64,000 nucleotides of DNA, taken from Candidatus Freyarchaeum deiterrae. Its GTDB lineage: Archaea; Asgardarchaeota; Jordiarchaeia; Jordiarchaeales; Jordiarchaeaceae. The DNA is taken from positions 512,001-576,000 of the forward strand of contig CP147778.1 of assembly GCA_037305845.1 (NCBI GenBank), read 5' to 3'. Shown here piece after piece: positions 10,615 through 20,366 of the stretch (the stretch's first letter is position 1; the number at the start of each line of letters is the position of its first letter). The notes under the pieces were generated by a model. That model saw only the letters and a list, made by a program, of their open reading frames with translations. It searched no databases and had not been told where the DNA came from. The translations under genes were made by a program, and so were the position numbers.

Positions 10615-11658
10615 CTAATCGAATTTCTTGCCTGCTCCCCCCACGGTGAGTTCTTCACCCAGAGCTAGGCGTACGAGGTTGCTTAGGATGTAGGGTTCTA
10701 AGTCTTGGGCTTTTGCTCTGCTCCTTAGGCTGAGGACACATAGTGGACATAGGAAAACCATCGCCTCGGCTCCATGCTCCTTACCGTCCATGAGGTTCTT
10801 CATTCGCCACTTTTCTACTTCTTCTTTTGTTACGTTAACCATTCCTCCTTGGGCACCGCTGCAGCAAAGGGCATACATTTTGTCATATTTTCTTTCCACC
10901 CTCTCAACGCCTATGAGTTTGAAGAGTTCGTCAAGCATTTTGTCTTTTTCGAATGTGTATCTTGAGGCACAAGGCTGCTGGTAGGCTATTTTCATGTTAA
11001 GTTTCTTTACTTGGTTCTTGTGCTTCTTAACATAATCCCGTAGATACTCTATCATGTGAACTGGTTTGAATGGCACTTTTATTCCATATTCCTTAACCTT
11101 GCTGGTCAACGTAGTGTAGCAGTCATCATGAAAACATATTACTTCCTTGGCCCCAACCTCTTTAACCACTTTTGCTAGATTGTCCACAAATTTTTGTGCG
11201 TTTTCCTTAAGCATACTAGGTTTTCCCAAATGTATCCAACCGAGGTAGCAGAAGTAGTCTCCACCCTTGGTAAGGGTTAATCCATCAAAGAGTTGCCCTT
11301 CAACAACTCCAGGCAAGAAATCTCCGACGGTGCAAAGATTCATGACCGGCTTTCCGGGCTCACCCTTTACGACCGCATATGGCAATTGTGAGGCCATGTT
11401 CATCATGCCGAGCGATTGATCAGTGACTTTAAATGTTCCGGTTTCTTCCTGCCTTTGGTTAATTAAGTCGAATGGATTGGCTCCTTCAGGACAGTACATA
11501 TTACAGGCGGCACATGTGATACACTCAGCGGTTACTGAGGTGGGTTCACTATCAATTAATTTTTTAAATTCTGCCTTAGCCTTTTCCTCGGGGTAAGCTA
11601 AATAGGCACATTTCATCAGACACTCTCCACAAAGAGTGCATTTTTCTTCATCAAACAT
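10615..11658 (-). CDS. Heterodisulfide-reductase-related Fe-S/CCG protein
   Basis: CxxCxxCxxxC twice, YQQPC, CCSG and CPLC. Confidence 0.82.
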   Translation of the reverse strand: MFDEEKCTLCGECLMKCAYLAYPEEKAKAEFKKLIDSEPTSVTAECITCAACNMYCPEGANPFDLINQRQEETGTFKVTDQSLGMMNMASQLPYAVVKGEPGKPVMNLCTVGDFLPGVVEGQLFDGLTLTKGGDYFCYLGWIHLGKPSMLKENAQKFVDNLAKVVKEVGAKEVICFHDDCYTTLTSKVKEYGIKVPFKPVHMIEYLRDYVKKHKNQVKKLNMKIAYQQPCASRYTFEKDKMLDELFKLIGVERVERKYDKMYALCCSGAQGGMVNVTKEEVEKWRMKNLMDGKEHGAEAMVFLCPLCVLSLRSRAKAQDLEPYILSNLVRLALGEELTVGGAGKKFD

Positions 11659-11830
11659 TATTGTTCATCCTCTTCAGGTTCAAGATATAATTATCGTTAA
11701 GTTACATTTCTTTAAATACCTTTTTAAATTTTACAAAAGGGTAGAAGTTAAAAGTTGTAGAACACTTTGAATTGCTTCATACTTCAAGGCTAACAAAAAA
11801 TGAATTTATGGGATTAAAATTTTAAGAGCT

Positions 11831-12703
11831 CTAAATGTCTTTCGAATCTCCTTCTAGAGCAGAAGCTAGGGCTTCACTATAATTTATTCGTCTAATAGCC
11901 TCTTTTAGTGGTTGGTCATAAAATTTTTTAGCCTCAGTTAGACTTCTCCTACCGAACCATGATTCGGCTTTAACATTAGGGTCGAGCTTAGCTACTAATA
12001 TGTGCTCCTTATCTAGAGGGGCTTCAGCGATGTTTTCTCCTAAAGGTGAGAAAATGGTACTATGGCCGGGTAGTTTTCCAACTTTTGGGTGATACGCGAT
12101 GGGGTTGATCTGGACTATGAAGAAGCAGTTTTCTATGGCTCTAACCCAGGCGAATTCATGGAACATCTGGAGTGATCTTTCATTAGCCAGTGTTGGGTGG
12201 AAAATAATCTCTGCGTCTCTGAACTTGAGCATTCTCGGGATTTCGGCTAGCATAATGTCTCCACAGATTATACACCCAATTCTCCCCATTTCGGTCTGCA
12301 CGACTGGATACTTCCCCTCAAGTTCATAATGTCCAGGGTAATACCAAGCCCGACTGAAGTCGACAACCTCACCTCCGGGCGAGGCAATTATTCCCGCGTT
12401 GTAAATCTTGTCGCCCTTCCTTGCTGGGATACTACCGGCAACAAGCCACACCTTCAACTCTTCAGCCTTCTCAATAACTCTCTGATAGGTAGGGCCGTTC
12501 AGTGGTTCAACAACATCCACTGGCATCTTGTTCTCAAGCCAGGAGCCCACATTGAAAAACTCGGGCAGACCGACAATTTCGGCTCCCATATCCACTGCTT
12601 TCTCAACCATTTCCAAGGCATGGGAAACATTCTCATCCACATCAGACCTAGTGAATGCATCTTTAAGCTTCATCTGTACCGCGGCAACAGTGACCTCTCT
12701 CAT
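11831..12703 (-). CDS. Carbon-nitrogen hydrolase (nitrilase superfamily)
   Basis: VAAVQM, LPE (Glu), IICGD (Cys) and RAIEN motifs. Confidence 0.85.
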   Translation of the reverse strand: MREVTVAAVQMKLKDAFTRSDVDENVSHALEMVEKAVDMGAEIVGLPEFFNVGSWLENKMPVDVVEPLNGPTYQRVIEKAEELKVWLVAGSIPARKGDKIYNAGIIASPGGEVVDFSRAWYYPGHYELEGKYPVVQTEMGRIGCIICGDIMLAEIPRMLKFRDAEIIFHPTLANERSLQMFHEFAWVRAIENCFFIVQINPIAYHPKVGKLPGHSTIFSPLGENIAEAPLDKEHILVAKLDPNVKAESWFGRRSLTEAKKFYDQPLKEAIRRINYSEALASALEGDSKDI

Positions 12704-12753
12704 ACGGACACCTTCTATTAACTAAAAACGAATCCATCGAAAGAATATAATTT

Positions 12754-13536
12754 TTGCGAAAAGAACATATATTTGTAAATCAAGATTCTATGAAAAAGGT
12801 GTTGGAGAGGGATAAAATGATTTCTATCAGAAAACCTGAGAGCATTTACCAGTCTAAAGGAGACATCGAGAATGGAACTTTCCGTGGTCGCTGGCATTTT
12901 TCCTTTGACCAATACTATGATCCCAAATTTGTACATTTTGGCACCCTGCGAGTCTTTAATGACGACACCCTCTCACCCGGTGCCGTCTGGCCCCTACACC
13001 CTCATCGCGACAATGAAGTAGTGACTTACTGTGCTGAGGGTGAGTTCCGCCACGCCGATGAACACGGAAAGGGTGGCATTCTTAAAAAGGGCTGGGTTCA
13101 GCACACAACAGTTGGAAAAGGCATGTGGCACTCGGAGATCAACAATCTACCGGATTCGCCCATGAGATTCATTCAGATGTGGTTCATTCCCTCATTTAGG
13201 GGCCTAGAGCCTTCTGTTGAGCAGAAGAAAGTGTTGAAAGAGGAGCGAACCAACAAGCTTCTGCCCCTAGTTTCTAACAATTATCCAGAAGCTCTCAAAA
13301 TAAAATCCGATGCTGAAGTATATTCCTGCTTCTTAGAGACTGGGAAAACAGTGAGCCACACGATTAAACCCGGCAGAGGTTGCTACCTTTATATCCTTGA
13401 AGAGGGATCGGTGAAAGTTAATGATAATAAGGTTCCCACCCTTGGTGCGGCAATGATTACCGATGAGGCGTCTTTCAATGTTACAGCGGATAGGGATGCT
13501 GAGTTTCTCTTGGTGGATGTTCTGCTTGTTAAATAA
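12754..13536 (+). CDS. Pirin family protein (start probably near 12818)
   Basis: LRVFNDD, HPH, HSE and QMW pirin motifs. Confidence 0.9.
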   Translation: MRKEHIFVNQDSMKKVLERDKMISIRKPESIYQSKGDIENGTFRGRWHFSFDQYYDPKFVHFGTLRVFNDDTLSPGAVWPLHPHRDNEVVTYCAEGEFRHADEHGKGGILKKGWVQHTTVGKGMWHSEINNLPDSPMRFIQMWFIPSFRGLEPSVEQKKVLKEERTNKLLPLVSNNYPEALKIKSDAEVYSCFLETGKTVSHTIKPGRGCYLYILEEGSVKVNDNKVPTLGAAMITDEASFNVTADRDAEFLLVDVLLVK

Positions 13537-13642
13537 ACAATGCTAAACTAAATTTTAAAGTAAGGAAAGATGAGAGTATAGTACTAATTTATATATTTAT
13601 GAACCAAATAACATTTTTTTAAAGGTTTTAGGAGAGAGTGTT

Positions 13643-14518
13643 GTGGGTCATAAAATCGAGGTTGGAAAAATTCTTAATGACACTTACCAAATTGATGGAT
13701 ACTATTTTAACAATCCTCAGCTTATGTCGCTATATGTGGTGAAAGGAAATAAAACCGCTCTAATTGATAGTGGAACCAGCCAGTCTGTGGGAAAGGTCGT
13801 CGAATCACTGAAACAGCTAGGCCTATTGCCTATTGACTACATAATAATAACGCATGAGCACGCGGATCACATTCAGGGAGCTGCCCCTCTCGTTAAGGTC
13901 TTGGGAAAAAAGGTTAAGGTCTGCGCATCGAAGGCAGCTCAACCCATGATTGAGGATCCGAGCAAAATCGGGTTCGACTTCGGAATGGGGCCGATAGAGC
14001 CGGTGAAAAACGTCACGCCCCTTGATGAGGGTGATGCTGTGGACCTTGGCGGGGTTGAGCTTGAGGTAATGAGCATTCCTGGCCACAGTCCTGGCCACAT
14101 AGCTCTGTATGATAAATCGAACAGAAATATTTTCGTAGGGGACTCCATAGGGTACAAAATTGATGAAAACACGTTTCTAGCTCCCATTATTCCACCTTGG
14201 TTTAACAAGGAGCAATTCTACGCGTCTCTGGACAAACTAAAGAAGGTAAAATTCGACAGCATATGTGTGGGTCACTACGGCCTCTGGGATGGTTCCGATG
14301 CAAAGAAAATACTAGACGAAGCAAAAACGGTGTTCGACAATTATTGGAACTTCTTCGAGGAGAATATAGACAAGCTGGATGATGTCGGCTATCTAAGTAA
14401 GTCGATAATCCAAAAATATCTATCCAAATCGAAGGAAAGGGAGAGACCTGGAAAATCCCTCATCATGCTACTAGTCGGGATGCGAGAAGGCTTCAAATAC
14501 GCTAACAAACTTAAATAA
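13643..14518 (+). CDS. MBL-fold metallo-hydrolase
   Basis: THEHADH, PGHSPGH, GD and GH metal ligands. Confidence 0.9.
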   Translation: MGHKIEVGKILNDTYQIDGYYFNNPQLMSLYVVKGNKTALIDSGTSQSVGKVVESLKQLGLLPIDYIIITHEHADHIQGAAPLVKVLGKKVKVCASKAAQPMIEDPSKIGFDFGMGPIEPVKNVTPLDEGDAVDLGGVELEVMSIPGHSPGHIALYDKSNRNIFVGDSIGYKIDENTFLAPIIPPWFNKEQFYASLDKLKKVKFDSICVGHYGLWDGSDAKKILDEAKTVFDNYWNFFEENIDKLDDVGYLSKSIIQKYLSKSKERERPGKSLIMLLVGMREGFKYANKLK

Positions 14519-14674
14519 TTGAAAGACACCACACCAACTTCCACAACACTTTTTTCCCTATTAGTTTCACTATAAACTGACACTGTCTGGCATAAGTTCC
14601 TTCATGTGGAAAACGTGGAGGCAGGAGTAATGCTTGTCGGGAGTGGGCGGTTATGTTTGGCTTAAAATGTTGAG

Positions 14675-15094
14675 GTGGTTCAATTGTCTGAAGAGAATGT
14701 AAAAGATATGGACTCTTACCTGAAGGAGGTTAACGCAGCTCCTTTCGCCAAGTTTATGGGTTTTAGGATTGTTGAAATGTCTGAAGGCTATGTGAGAGGA
14801 GAGATGGTGACTAGTAAGAATATGGTTAACCAGGTGGGTGGGGTTCATGGGGGGGCTATAATGGCTTTTGCCGACTATTTATTCGGAGTTGTTGCGAACA
14901 TGTTTGAAAAACCCGCGGTTGCGGTAGACATAGGTATAAGCTTCTTCGCTCCCGTAACTCTTGGTGTGAAACTCCTCGGGGTGGGAAAAGTTTTGCGTAA
15001 GGGAAGGCGCATAGTAAATGTGGAGTTAACTGTAGAAGATGAAAAGAATAGAACTGTTGCAAAGGCACTAGCGACAGCTCTGGTCGTAGAATAA
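14675..15094 (+). CDS. PaaI-family hotdog thioesterase
   Basis: NxxGxVHGGAIxxxAD motif. Confidence 0.9.
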   Translation: MVQLSEENVKDMDSYLKEVNAAPFAKFMGFRIVEMSEGYVRGEMVTSKNMVNQVGGVHGGAIMAFADYLFGVVANMFEKPAVAVDIGISFFAPVTLGVKLLGVGKVLRKGRRIVNVELTVEDEKNRTVAKALATALVVE

Positions 15095-15430
15095 AATAGG
15101 GATTCAGCGAAGCAACCAGTGAATTTTTGAGCTCTACCTTTTGTTATCGTTTAGTTTGATATTGACTTGGATTTTACAAGTTGGGGAACCCTTTTATTAA
15201 ATTATTGCGCGACTTCCATTACTTCGTATAATTTATAGTAGAATTTGTTTAAAAAATAATAAAATATATCAATTAATTTTATTAAATAATTAGGTAGTAA
15301 TTATAATAGTGGAAAGCTAAGAAAAAATAGTAGTGGGGCTTTTTAAGCAAACCGGACAACAATTGGTAGATTATACGGTTGAAAACTTATGGGTTTCCGA
15401 AATTGAACCATCTATTCTGGAGGCAGTAAA

Positions 15431-15937
15431 ATGGTACGTCAGCAACTGGTCGAAAAATTGATGGATGATGTTGAAAGAAACAAGGGTAAATGGGACTCTA
15501 ATGGATTAGCAATTATTAATATTGAAAACGCAGTAATGGGGATAAGGGGTAAAGTACCAGACGAATACATAGAATACTATACGAAATTTCCAATATCTCA
15601 GATGCATGAAGGGGACAGCATAAACAATGGGAACAGTTTCCTCATGAGGATCACAGAAAAAACAGCGGTGATAGTAGTATTAAAGGAAGAACACATAGCT
15701 AGACTGTCTGCAATAAATCTGCGGGGGAGAATAGCCGCCCTCAATGACTTTTATCTGTTAGACCTAGACGAGAAGCATAGTGAAAAAATACTCGCAGAAA
15801 ACAACATGGATCAGTCTTGCTCAATTCTGGACGACGTAATTAACAAAATCAGAACCTGTGAAATAGCAGCAGATGTGGCGATAAACCAGTGGCTGAACGG
15901 CTTCATAAGCAAAGTCAGAACCAACAACCAACTATAG
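15431..15937 (+). CDS. Hypothetical protein; N-terminal half possibly roadblock/profilin-like
   Basis: GGAGG RBS. The fold guess rests only on the helix/strand pattern (GLAIIN, FLMRI, AVIVVL). Confidence 0.6.
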   Translation: MVRQQLVEKLMDDVERNKGKWDSNGLAIINIENAVMGIRGKVPDEYIEYYTKFPISQMHEGDSINNGNSFLMRITEKTAVIVVLKEEHIARLSAINLRGRIAALNDFYLLDLDEKHSEKILAENNMDQSCSILDDVINKIRTCEIAADVAINQWLNGFISKVRTNNQL

Positions 15938-15990
15938 GCGCCGCAACTCTAGAACTTTTAATGAATCTACTCTCTTTTTGTTTTGCGCTT

Positions 15991-16605
15991 TCATCCTATA
16001 AATAATCCCTCAATACGGACTACTTTTCCGTCCTTAGTATTGTTAATGAAGTTTATCAAACCCGAATGTCTCCACTGCAGCATACATCTATGGGGTAAGA
16101 ACCAATATCTCATACCTATTTTGAGTTCAGTTCTCGCATCAAAAACAATACCTTCATAAGCTTCAGCCATATAATAACCCAAATCTTTAAAGCCCTTTGA
16201 TCTCGGGCCAAGCGGTCCGGTTACGCACCAAACAATCACTCCGGTTTTTTTATCAACATCCTTCACAATCCCGCAATGAGTTATGGGACACCCGCAGGAC
16301 ATCCCGAGTGGTCTACCTATCAGTATGTCATCCTTTTCTATTTCCAATTCTCTCGTTAGCATAGGATTATGAGGGAGAATGGTTTCCCTTGGCCCTTGGT
16401 CGCCTTTTAATACGTCAAGAATAAAGTCGTATTCTCGGCCTAAGGTGTCTTTCCATGTGCCTCCCTCATAGGTTGTACGACTTGCGTTTTGTAAATGGAT
16501 ACATCTTTTAATTTCATCTGGATTTTCTTCTATCTCCTCTTGAAAAGCTGCACAACTCTTACATCCACAATCACCACAGTTCAATCCCGGCAATTGAGTA
16601 TTCAT
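15991..16605 (-). CDS. Fe-S cluster domain protein (N-terminal LPxxNCGxCGxxxC domain)
   Basis: LPGLNCGDCGCKSC...C, plus CGCPITHC and CMLQWRH. Confidence 0.8.
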   Translation of the reverse strand: MNTQLPGLNCGDCGCKSCAAFQEEIEENPDEIKRCIHLQNASRTTYEGGTWKDTLGREYDFILDVLKGDQGPRETILPHNPMLTRELEIEKDDILIGRPLGMSCGCPITHCGIVKDVDKKTGVIVWCVTGPLGPRSKGFKDLGYYMAEAYEGIVFDARTELKIGMRYWFLPHRCMLQWRHSGLINFINNTKDGKVVRIEGLFIG

Positions 16606-16609
16606 CTAT

Positions 16610-17311
16610 TTATTCACCTCTATAAAATAGGTCGTTTTCTAACGGCCTTACTACGCCAAAATGTTCTTTCCACCCAATCTCCTTTTTCCCCACACAAATT
16701 GTGCAGGTCCCTACGGGTGGATTACCACGAAGATATAGTGGGAAGGATATATCTTTAGCTTCTTTTATTTTTTTAACAAGTCCACCCAAGCCTATGCCAT
16801 GCAAAGCGTCGGTTTCTATTATCACAACTTGCTTGGTTACACTCATTATTCTTGCCCTGAAAACCTCTCTTTCCGCCTGAGAGACTAGGTCGATTTTTGT
16901 GACAACAGCCACATCGGCTAGTGATAGCATAGGGCCGATTTTTCGGGGTAGATTCATTCCGCTGGTTTCTTCCAAAACTATTATGCCTAAACATCCATCT
17001 ACATAGGGGGAACATCTAAGGCACAGTCCAGCCGTCTCAACTATCAAGTAATTAACACTCTCTTTTTGTGCCCACTCTATTGCATCCCCCAGAACCATAA
17101 CGTTGCAATGGTCAGGGCATAGCTCTCCTGAGTACACTTTTTTTGTGGGTATTCCAAATTCTTTTTTGAATAGCTCGTCTTCCTCAGCGTATTGTACATC
17201 TATCTTAACATACGCCATCGTTTTCCCGGCATCGAGTAATTGCCTAATAACCTGCTTCAGGACAGTAGTCTTACCACTGGTAGGTGGACCGGCACATATT
17301 ATTAGCTTCGT
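16610..17311 (-). CDS. G3E P-loop GTPase (HypB/UreG/CobW-like); start extended to an ACG codon at 17311
   Basis: In-frame extension reads (T)KLIICAGPPTSGKTT (Walker A); also CPDH, ETAGLCLRC and TKID. Confidence 0.85.
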   Translation of the reverse strand, partial: TKLIICAGPPTSGKTTVLKQVIRQLLDAGKTMAYVKIDVQYAEEDELFKKEFGIPTKKVYSGELCPDHCNVMVLGDAIEWAQKESVNYLIVETAGLCLRCSPYVDGCLGIIVLEETSGMNLPRKIGPMLSLADVAVVTKIDLVSQAEREVFRARIMSVTKQVVIIETDALHGIGLGGLVKKIKEAKDISFPLYLRGNPPVGTCTICVGKKEIGWKEHFGVVRPLENDLFYRGE

Positions 17312-18115
17312 CTAAATACCTCCATTGAGTATTATGTCTTTTTCTGATATGACTTCTCCCAATCTTATCTTTCTCCTGCATTCGGCGTAAATATCATCTA
17401 ATTTCTTAATTTTTTCAGCAGCCTTTTTTTCCTCATCATCAGTGTAGATCACTTTCTGCATCGCCCCACCTTTCATCACAATCCTGAAATCTGACAGTAA
17501 TGCTATCCGTGGGTCGTGAGTTACAAACACGAATAGCTTACGATATTTTCTCAGTAATTCCAGAGCTTTCGTTCGATGTATTCCCGCATTTTCAATTTCA
17601 TCTAATAGGACAATTGGGGCGTTCCCGATTATTACTGCGTCTGCAATTAGTAATGCTCTGGTCTGTCCACCCGATAATTCGGTCATAGCAGAGCTTTGTA
17701 TGACAGGTTCACCGGTCAATAGGTTTGCAAATTCGAGAGTTTCTTGGATCACTTTTTCGATATCATCGCCGCTCTGCCTTATTGTAGCGTGGGTATTTAA
17801 AAATTCATCAACTGGTAAATCTGATAGAAAATTAGTGTGCTGAGTAATCAGTGCGATTGGATTTTTTGATGGGTCGAAAATTCCATCATCAGACTGAGTT
17901 TCGCCGTCTATAAGAATTTTTCTTCGTGATGGAGTGTTTAGGTTAGCGAACATTTCAATATCTTTAATTAAGGTTGTTTTACCGCATCCTGTGGGACCAA
18001 CGATACTAACAATGTTCCCCATTTTAAGTTCGACTCGGTCAACATTTTCCTTGGTACCATCACGACCAAATCCACCGATAATCGTTATACTATTCCCGTT
18101 CATAGTAATCAGCAC
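17312..18115 (-). CDS. Stand-alone ABC-type ATPase
   Basis: GPTGCGKT, LSGGQ, LLDE and THD motifs; no permease nearby. Confidence 0.88.
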   Translation of the reverse strand: MLITMNGNSITIIGGFGRDGTKENVDRVELKMGNIVSIVGPTGCGKTTLIKDIEMFANLNTPSRRKILIDGETQSDDGIFDPSKNPIALITQHTNFLSDLPVDEFLNTHATIRQSGDDIEKVIQETLEFANLLTGEPVIQSSAMTELSGGQTRALLIADAVIIGNAPIVLLDEIENAGIHRTKALELLRKYRKLFVFVTHDPRIALLSDFRIVMKGGAMQKVIYTDDEEKKAAEKIKKLDDIYAECRRKIRLGEVISEKDIILNGGI

Positions 18116-18180
18116 TTGTGAATTAATAACTACGATAATCGCCTAGCAATTTTTCAAAATTAACAAAAATATTTCCTACC

Positions 18181-18326
18181 AACGCCTTTGGCGATGTTTC
18201 CCAAGCCTGCGGTAGGCCATCGTTGATTTTTAGAGCGGTGAGTTCGTTTGCTTGTTTTTGGAGCCTTACTTTTTCGTGTTCCGCTATTTCCTGGTTTACG
18301 AATTTTCCACTGTGAGGCTTCTGCAT
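18181..18326 (-). pseudogene. sat: 5' remnant of sulfate adenylyltransferase
   Basis: MQKPHSGKFVN...ELTALKIN matches the Sat N-terminus (PHGGKLVN). After a frameshift it reads LGNIAKGV (cf. LENIAxGV), then homology ends. Confidence 0.7.
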
Positions 18327-18359
18327 ATTTAAAATCGTCTCTTGGTAGTTGTGTCTTGC

Positions 18360-18587
18360 TCAGCCTAGGTATCCTAGGGCTCTGAGTCTTTGTTTCACTC
18401 TCTCCTCGTCTTCTTTGCTGAAAGGCTCTCCCTCTTCCTGGTCTTCTTCCGCTACAACTTCGCGGAGCACGTATGTGACGTAGCTTGAGACCGAGGTGAA
18501 GCCGGTGTCTTTGATTCTCTCCTGTACCTTTTTGAACAGCGGTGTGGGTATGGAAACCGTTGTGAACTTTTTATCCTTTTCAGACAT
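18360..18587 (-). CDS. CopG/ribbon-helix-helix regulator with C-terminal RLRALGY motif
   Basis: TTVSIPxxL...GFTSVSSYVTYVLRE RHH pattern; GGTGA RBS. Confidence 0.85.
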   Translation of the reverse strand: MSEKDKKFTTVSIPTPLFKKVQERIKDTGFTSVSSYVTYVLREVVAEEDQEEGEPFSKEDEERVKQRLRALGYLG

Positions 18588-18775
18588 TTAAATCACCGTT
18601 AATTACCCGTAATTACCTGTAATTATCTATAATTAGCTTAGCAACTTATAAATTTTTCATCCAAAAACTATAAACATGATTAAAAAATATGGATTATTTA
18701 AAGGAGAATATAAAATTTTATTTAATGAAATTAGAAAGAATCTTGCTTTATATAGTAGAAGCTTTATGATTTAGA

Positions 18776-19309
18776 GTGTTTGAGGTGAGAACCTTTATGG
18801 AAAAGTCGAAGGAAAACCTCTCGAATAAGGCTTTTGAACTAGGTCAAAAGTACGAAAAAGAATATACTGGATGCGCCCAAACCGTAATTGCAGCAATCTT
18901 CGATACTTTGGGCATTTGGAATGAAGATGTGTTTAAAGCTGCGAGCGGCCTGGCTGACGGGTTGGGGTTAACAGGGGATGGGGCTTGCGGGTCTCTTGTA
19001 GGGGCGTCTATGGTGATAAGTTACCTATTCCCTAGGGAAAAGAAGGACTTCAAAGATATGCGCAAACCGATGAAAGCCTACAGCCTGGTCAAGAAGCTAC
19101 ACGACCAGTTCGTGGAAAACTATGGCTCCTGTCGGTGTTACGACGTCCAAAAGAAACTCATGGGTAGAACCTACAATATGTGGGATCAGAAAGAGTTTCA
19201 AGAAGCCGCTTCATCTGGCATGATGGAGCATTGCTCAAAAGTTGTAGGAAACGCAGCTAGACTCGCAACAAAAATCATCCTAGAAGCGAAAGAGAAAGAA
19301 AAAAAATAG
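18776..19309 (+). CDS. C-GCAxxG-C-C family redox-active protein
   Basis: GCAQ...ACGSLVG...C...C pattern. Confidence 0.85.
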   Translation: MFEVRTFMEKSKENLSNKAFELGQKYEKEYTGCAQTVIAAIFDTLGIWNEDVFKAASGLADGLGLTGDGACGSLVGASMVISYLFPREKKDFKDMRKPMKAYSLVKKLHDQFVENYGSCRCYDVQKKLMGRTYNMWDQKEFQEAASSGMMEHCSKVVGNAARLATKIILEAKEKEKK

Positions 19310-19372
19310 TCCAAGCATCAGATAAAACAACTATTAGTGGTGGTAGTGACAAGGAATAATGCTGCCTAATTG

Positions 19373-19930
19373 TTAATAGTAAACTTTGTTCATTTTAATT
19401 TTTTTAGAGTTAATGAAATTGATTCCTTCCATTTCTAGGAGCTTTTTCTTCATCATTACTCCTCCTCGGTAACCCCCGAGCTCACCATTTTCTCTTACGG
19501 CTCTATGGCATGGAATTATAACAGGAAATGGATTTGTAGCTAAAGCTCTCCCAACAGCTCTAGCCACTTGAGGGTTACCTATGTGCTTAGCTATCCTGCC
19601 ATATGTAGAGACCCAGCCACGGGGTATTCCGTATTCTGCAATGAGAACCTTTCTTTGAAACTCTGAACATAAATCTAAATCAATAATACCTAGGTTGAAT
19701 TGCTTGTCTTCGCCTTTAAAAAATTCTGCGATATCATTAGCTAATTTCTCGATTTCGTTATTAGCGGAGTATTTCGCTTTTGGATACTTGTTATCAAAAG
19801 TCTCTTTATTGGCGGGAAGCAAGATATGTTTCACTTTGATTTTGGGCATTTCCTGCCAGACAACGGTAATTTCTCCAAAGACAGTATTTCTGATTAAATA
19901 ATGGAGGTTTTCTGATTTCTTGTTTTTCAT
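19373..19930 (-). CDS. ogt: Methylated-DNA--protein-cysteine methyltransferase
   Basis: ARAVG and IIPCHR active site. Confidence 0.93.
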   Translation of the reverse strand: MKNKKSENLHYLIRNTVFGEITVVWQEMPKIKVKHILLPANKETFDNKYPKAKYSANNEIEKLANDIAEFFKGEDKQFNLGIIDLDLCSEFQRKVLIAEYGIPRGWVSTYGRIAKHIGNPQVARAVGRALATNPFPVIIPCHRAVRENGELGGYRGGVMMKKKLLEMEGINFINSKKIKMNKVYY

Positions 19931-20264
19931 TCTAAATTTGTTCTTTGAATAGCGGTATTAATTTTTTTCGCAGATTCCTGCAATATATTTAACTAAATAA
20001 AGTGAAAGTACAAAAATTATAGGAATATTATTATAAATTAGGGATTTTTTGATGGAATTAAGCGGTGTGCATTAAGAAAGGTTTTTATTCATAGATTCTA
20101 TAAACAAGAAGTAATGGGAATACTGGCCTATGGAGAGCCGTATCCCTATCTACTCAGAGCGATATGAATAAACAACGGATTGTGAAGAGTGAGCTAGAAA
20201 AAATAATGAGGGACTAATAAGAAAAATTATTTATTTTCTCCATAAAAAGGGAGTTGATAAAAAA

Positions 20265-20336
20265 ATGCAGCCAAAGCCAGCAAAAGGCAAACCGAAGAAA
20301 GCAAAAGGAGCACCCGCTACCAAACCTGGTTGTTAA
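20265..20336 (+). CDS. Putative 23-aa Lys/Pro-rich peptide MQPKPAKGKPKKAKGAPATKPGC
   Basis: Below the ORF-track cutoff. GGGAG upstream, higher GC than the flanks, and followed by a hairpin plus T7 tract. Confidence 0.5.
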   Translation: MQPKPAKGKPKKAKGAPATKPGC

Positions 20337-20366
20337 ATTAGTTAAAAAGATTGATGGTATTTGAAA

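Noticed and set aside
14586-14640. Long hairpin between the MBL and PaaI genes as a SECIS element
   Set aside because: No SECIS core motif and no Sec-type ORF nearby.
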